The notes: generated by a model from the letters alone, not told the origin. A stretch of 33,556 nucleotides of DNA from Gemmatimonadales bacterium (GCA_035707845.1 DASSTP010000143.1:1-33556); one strand, 5' to 3'. Shown: positions 8,867 to 17,029, counted from the stretch's first letter. Numbers and translations: made by a program.

Positions 8867-9601
8867 ATGAGCAAGGTTCCGGCTGCCACCCTGCTCTTCT
8901 GGGTCATCAAGATTGCGGCGACCACGCTGGGTGAGACCGGCGGCGATGCCGTCTCCATGTCCATGGGGCTTGGCTATCTCGCCGCGACCGGCATCTTCGC
9001 CGTCATCTTCCTCGCCGCGGTGAGCGCCCAGATCGCCGCGCAGCGCTTCCGGCCCTTCCTCTACTGGCTCACCATCATTGCCACGACGACGGTCGGCACG
9101 ACCCTCGCTGACTTTGCCGATCGTTCGCTCGGCATCGGATACGCCGGCGGCTCCTCGCTGCTGCTGGTCCTGCTGCTCGCGTCACTGGCGACCTGGTACT
9201 TCACCATGGGGTCGGTGTCGATCGAGACGGTGCGCTCTCCCCGCACCGAAATGTTCTATTGGGTCACCATCATGTTCTCCCAGACACTCGGCACCGCCCT
9301 CGGCGACTGGGTGGCCGACTCCGCCGGAATGGGATACGGTGGGGCCGCCGTGCTGTTCGGCGGCCTGCTGCTGGTCGTGGCCGCGGGGTACGCGTGGACC
9401 AGGGCCTCACGCACCCTGCTTTTCTGGGCCGCGTTTGTGCTGACCCGGCCACTCGGCGCTGTGGTGGGTGACTTCCTCGACAAGCCCCTCACCCAGGGCG
9501 GAATGGCGCTGAGCCGTTACTCGGCGTCGGCCGTGCTGCTGGGGTTCATCATCATGATGCTGGTCCTCTTTCCCTCGAAGCCGGCGGAGGCGGGACACTA
9601 G
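8867..9601 (+). CDS. Conserved polytopic membrane protein (COG4705-like), 244 aa
   Basis: Internal ATG 8867 of ORF 8489..9601. The sequence KVPAATLLFWVIKIAATTLGETGGD ... TTTVGTTLADFADRSLGIGY ... FSQTLGTALGDW ... LTRPLGAVVGDFLDKP shows an internal repeat of TLG(E/D)-type helices that I recognise from this uncharacterised family. Confidence 0.7.
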   Translation: MSKVPAATLLFWVIKIAATTLGETGGDAVSMSMGLGYLAATGIFAVIFLAAVSAQIAAQRFRPFLYWLTIIATTTVGTTLADFADRSLGIGYAGGSSLLLVLLLASLATWYFTMGSVSIETVRSPRTEMFYWVTIMFSQTLGTALGDWVADSAGMGYGGAAVLFGGLLLVVAAGYAWTRASRTLLFWAAFVLTRPLGAVVGDFLDKPLTQGGMALSRYSASAVLLGFIIMMLVLFPSKPAEAGH

Positions 9602-9605
9602 GAGA

Positions 9606-9633
9606 GGTCACGGGTCGCGGGTCGCGGGTCACG
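9606..9633. repeat. Tandem heptamers GGTCACG GGTCGCG GGTCGCG GGTCACG
   Basis: Read directly. The array starts 5 nt after the TAG stop (9599-9601) of the membrane protein gene. The same GGTCRCR unit occurs at 6335-6362, 2 nt after the helicase stop. Confidence 0.9.
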
Positions 9634-9648
9634 AAGCTCGCCTGACGC

Positions 9649-9688
9649 GTCATTGCGAGGAGAGCCCGAAGGGCTCGACGAAGCAATC
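9649..9688. repeat. Imperfect palindromic element GTCATTGCGAGGAGAGCCC-GAA-GGGCTCGACGAAGCAATC
   Basis: The inner stem GAGCCC/GGGCTC has a GAA loop, and the outer ATTGC/GCAAT arms are separated by an internal loop. The CATTGCGAGG...CGAAGCAATC arms resemble a small palindromic repeat I have seen in many unrelated bacterial genomes. I cannot name it. Confidence 0.55.
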
Positions 9689-9689
9689 G

Positions 9690-9766
9690 GCTCACAGCTC
9701 ACGGCTCACAGCTCACAGCTCACAGCTCTCGGCTCACAGCTCACAGCTCACAGCTCACAGCTTTCG
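9690..9766. repeat. Tandem heptamer array, 11 units of GCTCACA (variants GCTCACG, GCTCTCG, GCTTTCG)
   Basis: Read directly, with perfect 7-nt phasing from 9690 to 9766. It ends 4 nt before the stop (9771-9773) of the minus-strand alcohol dehydrogenase gene. Confidence 0.9.
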
Positions 9767-9770
9767 GCCT

Positions 9771-10823
9771 TCAGCGCCCCTTCAACGACGCCATGTCGAT
9801 CACGAAGCGGTACTTCACGTCACTCTTCAGCATCCGCTCCCAGGCCGTGTTGATCTCATCCATCCGGATGACCTCGATCTTTGCGGTGATGCCATGCTTC
9901 CCGCAGAAGTCGAGCATCTCCTGGGTTTCCTGAATCCCACCGATCAGCGATCCGGCGATGGACTTGCGATGGAAGATCAGGTCCATGGCTGAGTGGGGCG
10001 GATGCGGCGTTGGCGGCACGCCCACGAGGCACAGCGCACCGTCGCGCTTGAGCGCCGAGAGGAGCGGATCGAGCTGGTGTTGCGCCGCGACGGTGTCGAG
10101 GATGAAGTCGAACGTTCCTTCCGCGCGCTTCATCTCGGCCGCATCGGTCGAGACCACCGTGTGGGCGGCGCCGAGTTTCATGGCGTCAGCGCGCTTGGCC
10201 GGCGACGTGGTGAACACCGTCACCTCGGCGCCCATCGCGGCCGCCAGCTGCACCGCCATGTGCCCGAGCCCGCCCAGCCCGACGACGGCCACGTTGGCGC
10301 CGGGCCCGACGTGCCAGTGGCGGAGGGGCGAGTACGTCGTGATGCCGGCGCACAGCAGCGGCGCTGCCGCCGCAGGGTCAAGATTTTCGGGGATGGAGAG
10401 CACAAAGTCGTCGGTGACCACGATATTGGTCGAGTAGCCGCCTGCGGTGGTGCCGCCCATCACCGGGTCAGGCGAACCATAGGTCATGGTGAACCCGCCG
10501 GTGCAGTAATTCTCGAGGTGGTCCCGGCAACTCGAACAGGTGCGGCAGGAGTCCACCAGGCAGCCCACACCCACCAGTTGCCCGGGCTTGAATCGCCTGA
10601 CGTCAGCGCCAACCGCCGTGACCCGGCCGACGATCTCGTGACCCGGAATTACGGGATAGGTGGCAGGGAACCACTCGCTCCGGGCGAAGTGCAGGTCGGA
10701 GTGGCAGACGCCACAGAAAAGAATGTCGATCGCGACGTCGTGTGGGCCTGGCGTGCGGCGTTCGATGGTGGTGCTCCGGAGCGGTGACGTGGGGTCGAAT
10801 GCGGCGTAGGCGGCGGTTGCCAT
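9771..10823 (-). CDS. Zn-dependent NAD(P) alcohol dehydrogenase (cinnamyl-ADH / YahK-like), 350 aa
   Basis: ORF 9771..10823. It has the catalytic Zn motif CGVCHSDLH...GHEIVGRV, a structural-Zn Cys cluster (CRTCSSCRDHLENYC) and the Rossmann motif VVGLGGLGH. Confidence 0.9.
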   Translation of the reverse strand: MATAAYAAFDPTSPLRSTTIERRTPGPHDVAIDILFCGVCHSDLHFARSEWFPATYPVIPGHEIVGRVTAVGADVRRFKPGQLVGVGCLVDSCRTCSSCRDHLENYCTGGFTMTYGSPDPVMGGTTAGGYSTNIVVTDDFVLSIPENLDPAAAAPLLCAGITTYSPLRHWHVGPGANVAVVGLGGLGHMAVQLAAAMGAEVTVFTTSPAKRADAMKLGAAHTVVSTDAAEMKRAEGTFDFILDTVAAQHQLDPLLSALKRDGALCLVGVPPTPHPPHSAMDLIFHRKSIAGSLIGGIQETQEMLDFCGKHGITAKIEVIRMDEINTAWERMLKSDVKYRFVIDMASLKGR

Positions 10824-10867
10824 GGCGGGGGACCGGTTGGGGGTTGGATGGCGCTGGAGACGGTAAG

Positions 10868-10873
10868 ATTATA
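10868..10873 (-). promoter_or_regulatory. Candidate -10 box (perfect TATAAT on the minus strand) upstream of the alcohol dehydrogenase gene
   Basis: Forward ATTATA at 10868-10873 reads TATAAT on the minus strand, 44 nt upstream of the ATG at 10823, in a rare AT-rich patch. No convincing -35 is present (ACGCCG at the 17-nt spacing). Confidence 0.25.
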
Positions 10874-10983
10874 GTGGCTCGGCGGCTCGGCGGCGTAGCT
10901 TGCCCTGAGCGCAGCGAAGGGGCGGCTCGAGGGTAAGAACCAGCCGTCCAGTCGTCTCACACATCAACCTTCCTTCACCTACT

Positions 10984-11682
10984 ATGAGACCTCCCGCACT
11001 TACACTCGCTCTTGCCTGCTGCGTCGTCGGCTCGCTCGCGTGCCAGGCGCCTGACCCGCTGCGCACTGACTGGGCCGACCTGGCTCGCTATCGGGAAGCG
11101 AATGCGAAGCTGGCGCCGCCCAGGCCAGGCGAGCAGCGCGTCGTCTTCATGGGCAACTCCATCACCGACGGCTGGGCGCAGTACTTCCCGGCCATGTTCC
11201 CGGGCAAGCCCTACGTGGGCCGGGGCATCAGCGGCCAGACCACACCGCAGATGCTGGTGCGGTTCCGGCAGGATGTCATCGCCCTGAAGCCGGCGGTGGT
11301 GGTCATCCTTGCCGGCACCAATGACATCGCGGGCAACACCGGACCCTCCACCCTCGCGATGATCGAGGACAACCTCGCGTCCATGACCGAACTGGCGCAG
11401 GCGAATGGCATCAAGGTGGTGCTCGCCTCGGTGCTGCCGGTATATGACTATCCCTGGAAGCCGGGCCTCGCGCCGGCGGAGAAGATCGTGACGCTCAACC
11501 GCTGGATGCGGGACTACGCATCTGCCCATCACGCCGTCTATCTCGACTACCACTCCGCGATGGCGGATGAACGGCAGGGCATGCGGAAGGACCTCTCCGG
11601 CGACGGCGTGCACCCGAACGAGGCGGGCTACCGGATCATGGCCCCGCTGGCCGAGCGGGCCATCAGCCAGGCGCTGCAATAG
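10984..11682 (+). CDS. SGNH/GDSL-family hydrolase with lipoprotein-type signal peptide
   Basis: ORF 10984..11682. The signal is LALACCVVGSLAC. SGNH blocks: FMGNSITDGW (Ser), GISGQT (Gly), AGTNDIAG (Asn), DGVHPNEAGY (Asp-x-x-His). Confidence 0.85.
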   Translation: MRPPALTLALACCVVGSLACQAPDPLRTDWADLARYREANAKLAPPRPGEQRVVFMGNSITDGWAQYFPAMFPGKPYVGRGISGQTTPQMLVRFRQDVIALKPAVVVILAGTNDIAGNTGPSTLAMIEDNLASMTELAQANGIKVVLASVLPVYDYPWKPGLAPAEKIVTLNRWMRDYASAHHAVYLDYHSAMADERQGMRKDLSGDGVHPNEAGYRIMAPLAERAISQALQ

Positions 11683-11703
11683 CCGCCTTACCACATCCTG
11701 CCC

Positions 11704-13386
11704 ATGCCCTCACGCCGAGACTTTCTCCAGACTACCGCCGTGTCCGCGCTGGGCATGTCCCTGCCGCCGGGGACACTTGTCGCACAGGAACGCTCGCACA
11801 ACCGGAGCGGTCGGGCGGACACCTTCCTGGATATTCGCCGCACACCCGACCGGGTCAGCGCCCAGCTCGCGAATGATCGCCGGCAGCTCCGCCGGACCGG
11901 CAGCGACCGTTGGGAGAATGCCGGTGTCACGGTCATCACCAGCGCTGCGGATACCGCGCTTGCGGTCAAGGTCGCTGCACCGTCCACCGCCGTCGAGTGG
12001 ATCCACCTTCGGTGGGACGGGCAGCTCGACGGGCTCCAGCTCATCCTTGGCGATGCCTGGGAGCGAGGCTACGGCGACCTCGAATGGCGCGGCTTCGTGC
12101 CCGACCGGGTCATGCCGTGGTACGTGGCCGCATTCGATGGGGAGGTGACCCATGCGTGGGGCGTGCGCACCGGCGCCAGGGCATTCTGCTACTGGCAGCT
12201 GGATCCGCAGGGGATCACGTTGTCGGCGGATGTCCGGAGCGGTGGCACTGGTCTGGAGCTCGGCTCGCGCACCCTGGACGTCTGTCAGGTGACCTGCCGC
12301 GCCGGCAAGCCGGATGAAGCATCGTTCGCCGCGGTGCATGCCTTCTGCGGGATAATGTGCCCCAACCCTCGGCTCGTTTCCCAGCCTGTGTACGGCAGCA
12401 ACGACTGGTACTGGGCTTATGGGAAGAACAGCACCGCCACGGTGCTCGCTGACGCCGGGCACATCGTGGAACTCTCGCCGGACAGCGCCAACCGTCCCTT
12501 CGTCGTGATCGACGACGGCTGGCAGCCCGAACGCAGCGCCAGGGGCGGCAACGTCGGCCTCTGGGATCGTGGAAACGAAAAATTTTCCGACCTTCCCGGC
12601 CTCGCGTCGAGAATCCGCGAGACAGGCGCGCAGCCCGGCATCTGGATCCGGCCACTGCTTGCACCGGATGACACGCCGCGGAGCTGGCGGTTGCCACGCG
12701 ACCAGAAGATCCTTGACCCAACGATCCCCGACGTGCGCCAGAAAGTGGCCGCCGACATTGCCCGGCTCCGTCAGTGGGGTTTCGGGCTGATCAAGCACGA
12801 CTATTCGACGGTGGACATCCTGGGGCGCTGGGGTTTCGAAATGGGGTCGGAACTCACCAGCGATGGATGGACATTCGCCAGCGGCCCCGGCCGAACCACC
12901 GCCGAGGTCATCAACGAATTCTACGGAACAATCCGGCACGCGGCGGACGATGGGATCATCCTCGGCTGCAACACGGTGAGTCATCTCTCGGCGGGGCAGT
13001 TTGAACTGTGCCGAGCCGGCGACGACACCAGCGGCACCGACTGGTCTCGAACCCGCAAGATGGGGGTCAACACGCTGGCCTTCCGGGGGCCCCAGCATGC
13101 CGCGTTTTATGGCGTGGATCCGGACTGCGTGGGCGTCACCAACCAGATTCCCTGGCCGCTGAACCGCCAATGGCTCGATCTGGCCGCCAGGAGCGGGACG
13201 ATGCTCTTTGTTTCACTTGCGCCGGACGCGCTGGGCGAGGCACAACGACGGGACCTCCGCTCCGCACTCGCGATCGCCGCGGAGCCGCAGCCATTAGGTG
13301 AGCCACTGGACTGGCAGCACACGACCTGGCCCACGCGCTGGCGCCTGATGGACGACACGCGGGTGTACGATTGGATTCCTGACTAG
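11704..13386 (+). CDS. Tat-exported glycoside hydrolase, alpha-galactosidase-like (clan GH-D flavour)
   Basis: ORF 11704..13386. The twin-arginine signal is MPSRRDFLQTTAVSALG. The VIDDGWQ and LIKHDYS segments resemble the DDGW and nucleophile K-x-D motifs of GH27/GH36-type enzymes. Family assignment is tentative. Confidence 0.6.
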   Translation: MPSRRDFLQTTAVSALGMSLPPGTLVAQERSHNRSGRADTFLDIRRTPDRVSAQLANDRRQLRRTGSDRWENAGVTVITSAADTALAVKVAAPSTAVEWIHLRWDGQLDGLQLILGDAWERGYGDLEWRGFVPDRVMPWYVAAFDGEVTHAWGVRTGARAFCYWQLDPQGITLSADVRSGGTGLELGSRTLDVCQVTCRAGKPDEASFAAVHAFCGIMCPNPRLVSQPVYGSNDWYWAYGKNSTATVLADAGHIVELSPDSANRPFVVIDDGWQPERSARGGNVGLWDRGNEKFSDLPGLASRIRETGAQPGIWIRPLLAPDDTPRSWRLPRDQKILDPTIPDVRQKVAADIARLRQWGFGLIKHDYSTVDILGRWGFEMGSELTSDGWTFASGPGRTTAEVINEFYGTIRHAADDGIILGCNTVSHLSAGQFELCRAGDDTSGTDWSRTRKMGVNTLAFRGPQHAAFYGVDPDCVGVTNQIPWPLNRQWLDLAARSGTMLFVSLAPDALGEAQRRDLRSALAIAAEPQPLGEPLDWQHTTWPTRWRLMDDTRVYDWIPD

Positions 13387-13411
13387 CATGGACGCGAGGC
13401 GCCGGGCGCCC

Positions 13412-13467
13412 GGCGTCAAGCGCCTGGCGCTCGACGCATGGCGCTCGACGCATGGCGCTCGACGCAT
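13412..13467. repeat. 13-mer GGCGTCAAGCGCC (13412-13424) followed by 3 tandem 14-mers GGCGCTCGACGCAT (13426-13467)
   Basis: Read directly in the 85-nt gap between the convergent stops at 13386 (+) and 13472 (-). The same 13-mer plus GCTCGAC repeats recur at 29992-30029. Confidence 0.9.
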
Positions 13468-13471
13468 GACG

Positions 13472-14767
13472 TCACTCCGCCAGCACTACCCGGTTCCGCC
13501 CGGCTCCCTTGGCCCGGTAGAGCGCCGCGTCGGCCGCCTGATAGAGCGTCGCCGGAGTGGCATTTGCCCCGGGGAGCGCGACACCGCCGCTCGCCGTCAT
13601 GAGGATCGACTTTCCCTCGAAGCCGACCGGCCGGGCCGAGACCATGGCCCGCAATCGCTCGGCCGTGACCAGCGCACCGTCAGCATCCACGCCGAACAGT
13701 ATCGCCGCGAATTCCTCGCCACCGGTCCGGAAGAGGCGATCGAACGGCCGCATCTCCGAGCTGATCGCCTGCGCGGCCGCACGCAGCACTTCGTCGCCCG
13801 CCGCGTGCCCGTACGTGTCGTTGACGCTCTTGAAGTGATCGAGATCAAACAGCACGAGCGCGAAAGATTCGTGCATGCGCTGCCGGCGCGCAAACACCTC
13901 GGCGATGGCGATATCGAAGGCGCGACGGTTGAGCAGCCGGGTCAGGCCGTCCCGCTGGGCCAGGTCGGCGAGTGCATCCTCCGACTCGTGGATGCGCCCG
14001 ATCATCCGGTTGAATTCCTGCGCCACCTGGTGCAGCTCCGGCGGGACTCGCACTTCGATGCGATGGTCACGATCGCCCGCCGCGAACCGCTGGGCGCCTT
14101 CCACCAGGCGCTCCACGCTGCCTGACATGACCCGGCCAATGACTGCCGCCCCTGCGAGGACGGCCAGCAGTGATACGATCGCGGCCGCCGCGGCCAGCCA
14201 TTCCGCGCGATCATAGGCACGGAGAGCGGCATCATGATCTGCGCGCAAGTCGGTGTCGAGGCTTGCATAGACGGCGCCCAGCTTGTCCACCGACGACTGC
14301 ACGAGGCCGTCGAATGCGTCCATCAGCTCCGCGCCGTGCGGGTCACCCGGTGTGCGGCGCACCGAGAGCGCCTCCGTGGCCACGCGGTCGGCGGCCGTCC
14401 AGTCGTCGCGCGCGCGCTCCACCAGTTGCTGCATCTCGGGGTCTCGGGCCATCTGGGCATGCACGGTGGCGAATGCTGCCTCGACCCGCTCGCGCGCCGC
14501 CCGATACTCGGCTGGGCGCCGAGGATCGCCCTCGTCCATGTACTCGTCGAGCGGCGGGCTTGTCTCCCAGAGGAGCAGCCGGAGCCGCTGCGCCGGGTCG
14601 ATCTCGTTGCGTTGCCGCGACGCAATATCCCGCAGTGACTCGATGACGCCGTGCTTGAGCACCACGTAGCCGCCCACCGCCGACGCGACGAGCGGGATGA
14701 TCGCCAGGGCCATCCCCAGGCCGACCCACGCACGCAGCGATGCCCCTCTCCAGATGGTGTACAGCAC
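13472..14767 (-). CDS. Membrane-bound diguanylate cyclase (2 TM sensor region - HAMP - GGDEF)
   Basis: ORF 13472..14767 (GTG start). It has two hydrophobic segments flanking a helical periplasmic region and a HAMP-like linker. The GGDEF domain has active site GGEEF, with an RxxD I-site (RPFD) five residues upstream. Confidence 0.9.
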   Translation of the reverse strand: MLYTIWRGASLRAWVGLGMALAIIPLVASAVGGYVVLKHGVIESLRDIASRQRNEIDPAQRLRLLLWETSPPLDEYMDEGDPRRPAEYRAARERVEAAFATVHAQMARDPEMQQLVERARDDWTAADRVATEALSVRRTPGDPHGAELMDAFDGLVQSSVDKLGAVYASLDTDLRADHDAALRAYDRAEWLAAAAAIVSLLAVLAGAAVIGRVMSGSVERLVEGAQRFAAGDRDHRIEVRVPPELHQVAQEFNRMIGRIHESEDALADLAQRDGLTRLLNRRAFDIAIAEVFARRQRMHESFALVLFDLDHFKSVNDTYGHAAGDEVLRAAAQAISSEMRPFDRLFRTGGEEFAAILFGVDADGALVTAERLRAMVSARPVGFEGKSILMTASGGVALPGANATPATLYQAADAALYRAKGAGRNRVVLAE

Positions 14768-14933
14768 GCCGCCTCCACTTTGGGAAAACCGGATGGACGT
14801 TCAGTGTAACGGGGCACTCCCGCGCAGGCCACTGGGTGTACTGCTTGCGGGCCACGCAGCCGCCAGACAGATTCGAGCTGGCAATCCTTCGTCATTCGGC
14901 GTGTTCGAGCCCACTGGCAAGCCCTGGATTCCG

Positions 14934-16361
14934 ATGCGCGCATTCGCCCTGAGCGTCCTGCTCACGCTCGCTCCACTGTCGCTCTCCGCCCAGATTCGCG
15001 CGCTCACGGCGTCGGATTCCGCGCTGGTGGGCCGCATACTCCTCGCCGAAGACCGGCGCGACACCTCCGACCCGGCGCTGGCGGAGGGACGGCGCGCCGG
15101 TGACGCCCGCATCCGGCGGCTCGCCGAGCGGGCCGTGGCGCGGATTACCGATTCGGCTTTTGCCAAGCGCAGCTCCTTCACGCCGCTTCCTCCACCACCG
15201 GTGTGGCCGGAGCCGGCCTGGCGACTTCGCTATCGCGCGCTCGCCGGCCAGCGGCGTGACTGCACCGCGCTGGGTGCGGCGCTGGTGGACAGCGCCTGGC
15301 CGGTCCGGCTCCGTGCCGCCGACCTGATGGACTCCACCTGCGCCGGCAATCCGGCCATCATCGCCGTGCTCACCAAGTGGGCCGACGAGGTGAACCAGGA
15401 TCTGTCCCGGCGCGAGCCGGACGGCGTCTCGTGGCAGCCGGCCGCACACGCCCTGCTGGCGCTGAGTCGCATGAAGCCCGTAGTGGCAGGCCGGCGCATT
15501 CCCGCCTTCGCCGGCCACCGGAATCCGCATCTTCGCCGCTATGCAGCCCGCGCCGCCGCCGCCATGGGTGACGCGATGACACTCTTCGAGCTGGGACGCG
15601 ATCGTGATCCCAACGTGCGCGAGGCCGTGATCGAGGCCCTCTCCCACCTGACCGGGCACGCGGACGATTCGCTGTACCTCGCCGCACTCGACGCCGACGC
15701 GCCGCAGGTGGTGCGGGCGGCCGCGCTGGCGCTGGTGGGGTCTCCCGACCAGAACGTGCCGAAGCGCGCGAACGCGGTCTTCACGCGGTGGGTCAAGCGC
15801 GGCAATGCCTCCGAGCGCGACGTACGCGTGGCCCTGCTCCAGGCCGCCGGCCGGCCAGCGAGCGACGACCAGCCACCGGCACCGGTCTCATCGCTGCCGA
15901 GCGAGGCGGTGGCGCTCGCGCTCGGCGCAGACGTACGCCTCCGGGTCACCATGACACCGGCCAGTGGCGGCGGCAGCTTCGTGGTCCGGTTACGGGGAGA
16001 CGCCGCGCCGATGACGGCCGCCCGCATCCTGGAGCTGGTGGGGGAGCGCTACTACGACGGCATGGCCTGGCACCGGGTCGAGCCCGACTTCGTGATCCAG
16101 GGCGGCGGCCCCCTCAACAACGAGTACTCCGGCTACAAGCGATACTTCCGCGACGAGCTCAGCACGGTGCATCATGTGCGCGGCACGGTGGGCATGAGCA
16201 CCCGCGCGCACGACACCGGCGACGCCCAGTGGTTCGTCAACCTGCGGGACAACCTGCGGCTCGACCAGGACTACACCGTGTTCGGCGAGGTCGTGGAAGG
16301 CATGGACGTGGTGGATGGGATGGTGGAGGGGGATGTGATAGAGACGGTAAGGCGGCTGTGA
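14934..16361 (+). CDS. Secreted HEAT-repeat protein fused to a cyclophilin-type peptidyl-prolyl isomerase (475 aa)
   Basis: Internal ATG 14934 of ORF 14697..16361 gives the signal peptide MRAFALSVLLTLAPLSLSAQ. The N-terminal ~300 aa has HEAT/PBS-lyase-like repeats (HRNPHLRRYAARAAAAMGD, DPNVREAVIEALSHL, APQVVRAAALALVG). The C-terminus carries cyclophilin motifs (YYDGMAWHRVEPDFVIQGGGP, GTVGMS, QWFVNL, TVFGEVVEGMDVVD). Confidence 0.85.
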   Translation: MRAFALSVLLTLAPLSLSAQIRALTASDSALVGRILLAEDRRDTSDPALAEGRRAGDARIRRLAERAVARITDSAFAKRSSFTPLPPPPVWPEPAWRLRYRALAGQRRDCTALGAALVDSAWPVRLRAADLMDSTCAGNPAIIAVLTKWADEVNQDLSRREPDGVSWQPAAHALLALSRMKPVVAGRRIPAFAGHRNPHLRRYAARAAAAMGDAMTLFELGRDRDPNVREAVIEALSHLTGHADDSLYLAALDADAPQVVRAAALALVGSPDQNVPKRANAVFTRWVKRGNASERDVRVALLQAAGRPASDDQPPAPVSSLPSEAVALALGADVRLRVTMTPASGGGSFVVRLRGDAAPMTAARILELVGERYYDGMAWHRVEPDFVIQGGGPLNNEYSGYKRYFRDELSTVHHVRGTVGMSTRAHDTGDAQWFVNLRDNLRLDQDYTVFGEVVEGMDVVDGMVEGDVIETVRRL

Positions 16362-16449
16362 GCTCTTCGCTGTGCGCTGTGCGCTGTGCGCTATGCGCCG
16401 AGAGGTCTACTGTCGCACAGCGCACAGCGCACAGCGCATAGCGTTCAGC
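16362..16449. repeat. Heptamer-built hairpin: GCTCTTC GCTGTGC x3 GCTATGC - 18-nt loop - GCACAGC x3 GCATAGC GTTCAGC
   Basis: It starts 1 nt after the PPIase TGA (16359-16361). Pairing 16368-16396 with 16415-16443 gives 29 bp with one A:C (16393:16418) and one G:T (16372:16439). No T-run follows. Confidence 0.85.
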
Positions 16450-16471
16450 CCCACCTACAAAGGAGCCTCCC

Positions 16472-17029
16472 ATGCCCCGACGCCCGAAGTACCACCTCGA
16501 CAAGGTCATGGTAGGAGCTGGAGAGGCGCGCCCCGCCAGCTGGACCTTTGGCGGCGCGGCGCAGCAGGGCACGGAGCAGACCTTCCTCGTCACCGATGGC
16601 AACTTCAGCGCGCGCAATCAATGGGAGTTCATGATCCGCCTGCCCAGGCAGCAGCGGGAACGGATCGAGGTACGGCCTCGCACCACGCCCAACGTCAAGG
16701 TCTGGGCCGAACTGCCGGACCGCTCCATCACCTTCCTGCGCGCGACCCTCGGCGCCGCCCGCGGCAAGCGCTATTGCCAGGTGGCCTTGGCCGATCCCTC
16801 CGGCGGCCGCAGCCGGGTGATCGTGCCGGCCGACCAGCGCGGCGACCTGCCGGCATGGTTCGACCAGCTCCGGGGACGGATGCGAGCCAAGGAGACCGTA
16901 AACCGCACGCGCGGCACCGATGCCAGGGCGCTGGTGCTGCTGGTGAACGAGGGCGACTATCCGACGATGATCCGGATCTTCTTTGCGCTGAAGGTGTGGG
17001 TGTTGAAGGAGAAGTTTGAGATGGAATGA
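16472..17029 (+). CDS. Hypothetical protein, 185 aa, no recognisable domain
   Basis: ORF 16472..17029. AAAGGAG (16459-16465) lies 6 nt before the ATG. Third-position G/C bias is strong and the amino-acid composition is balanced (K, E, F, W, Y present). The overlapping frame 16372..17019 is Arg/Gly/Pro-rich shadow. Confidence 0.7.
   Translation: MPRRPKYHLDKVMVGAGEARPASWTFGGAAQQGTEQTFLVTDGNFSARNQWEFMIRLPRQQRERIEVRPRTTPNVKVWAELPDRSITFLRATLGAARGKRYCQVALADPSGGRSRVIVPADQRGDLPAWFDQLRGRMRAKETVNRTRGTDARALVLLVNEGDYPTMIRIFFALKVWVLKEKFEME

Noticed and set aside
9690-9766. Possible CRISPR arrays at the tandem repeats (9690-9766, 6385-6456, 13426-13467).
   Set aside because: The units are 7-14 nt and directly abut one another with no spacers. 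No cas genes are present. These are micro/minisatellite-like arrays, not CRISPR.
11695-11720. CCCATGCCCTCACGCC at the start of the glycoside hydrolase gene, and CCCATGCCCCGACGCC at the orphan start (16469-16484), considered as half-elements of the CCCATGC repeat family.
   Set aside because: Each has only about two units and no complementary arm nearby. The match could simply reflect Met-Pro-(Ser/Arg)-Arg codons in GC-rich DNA.
16372-17019. The alternative frame 16372..17019 (215 aa) instead of 16472..17029 for the orphan gene.
   Set aside because: That frame starts inside the hairpin and is Arg/Gly/Pro/Ala-rich. It lacks a ribosome-binding site. The 16472 frame has AAAGGAG, strong GC3 bias and a normal composition.
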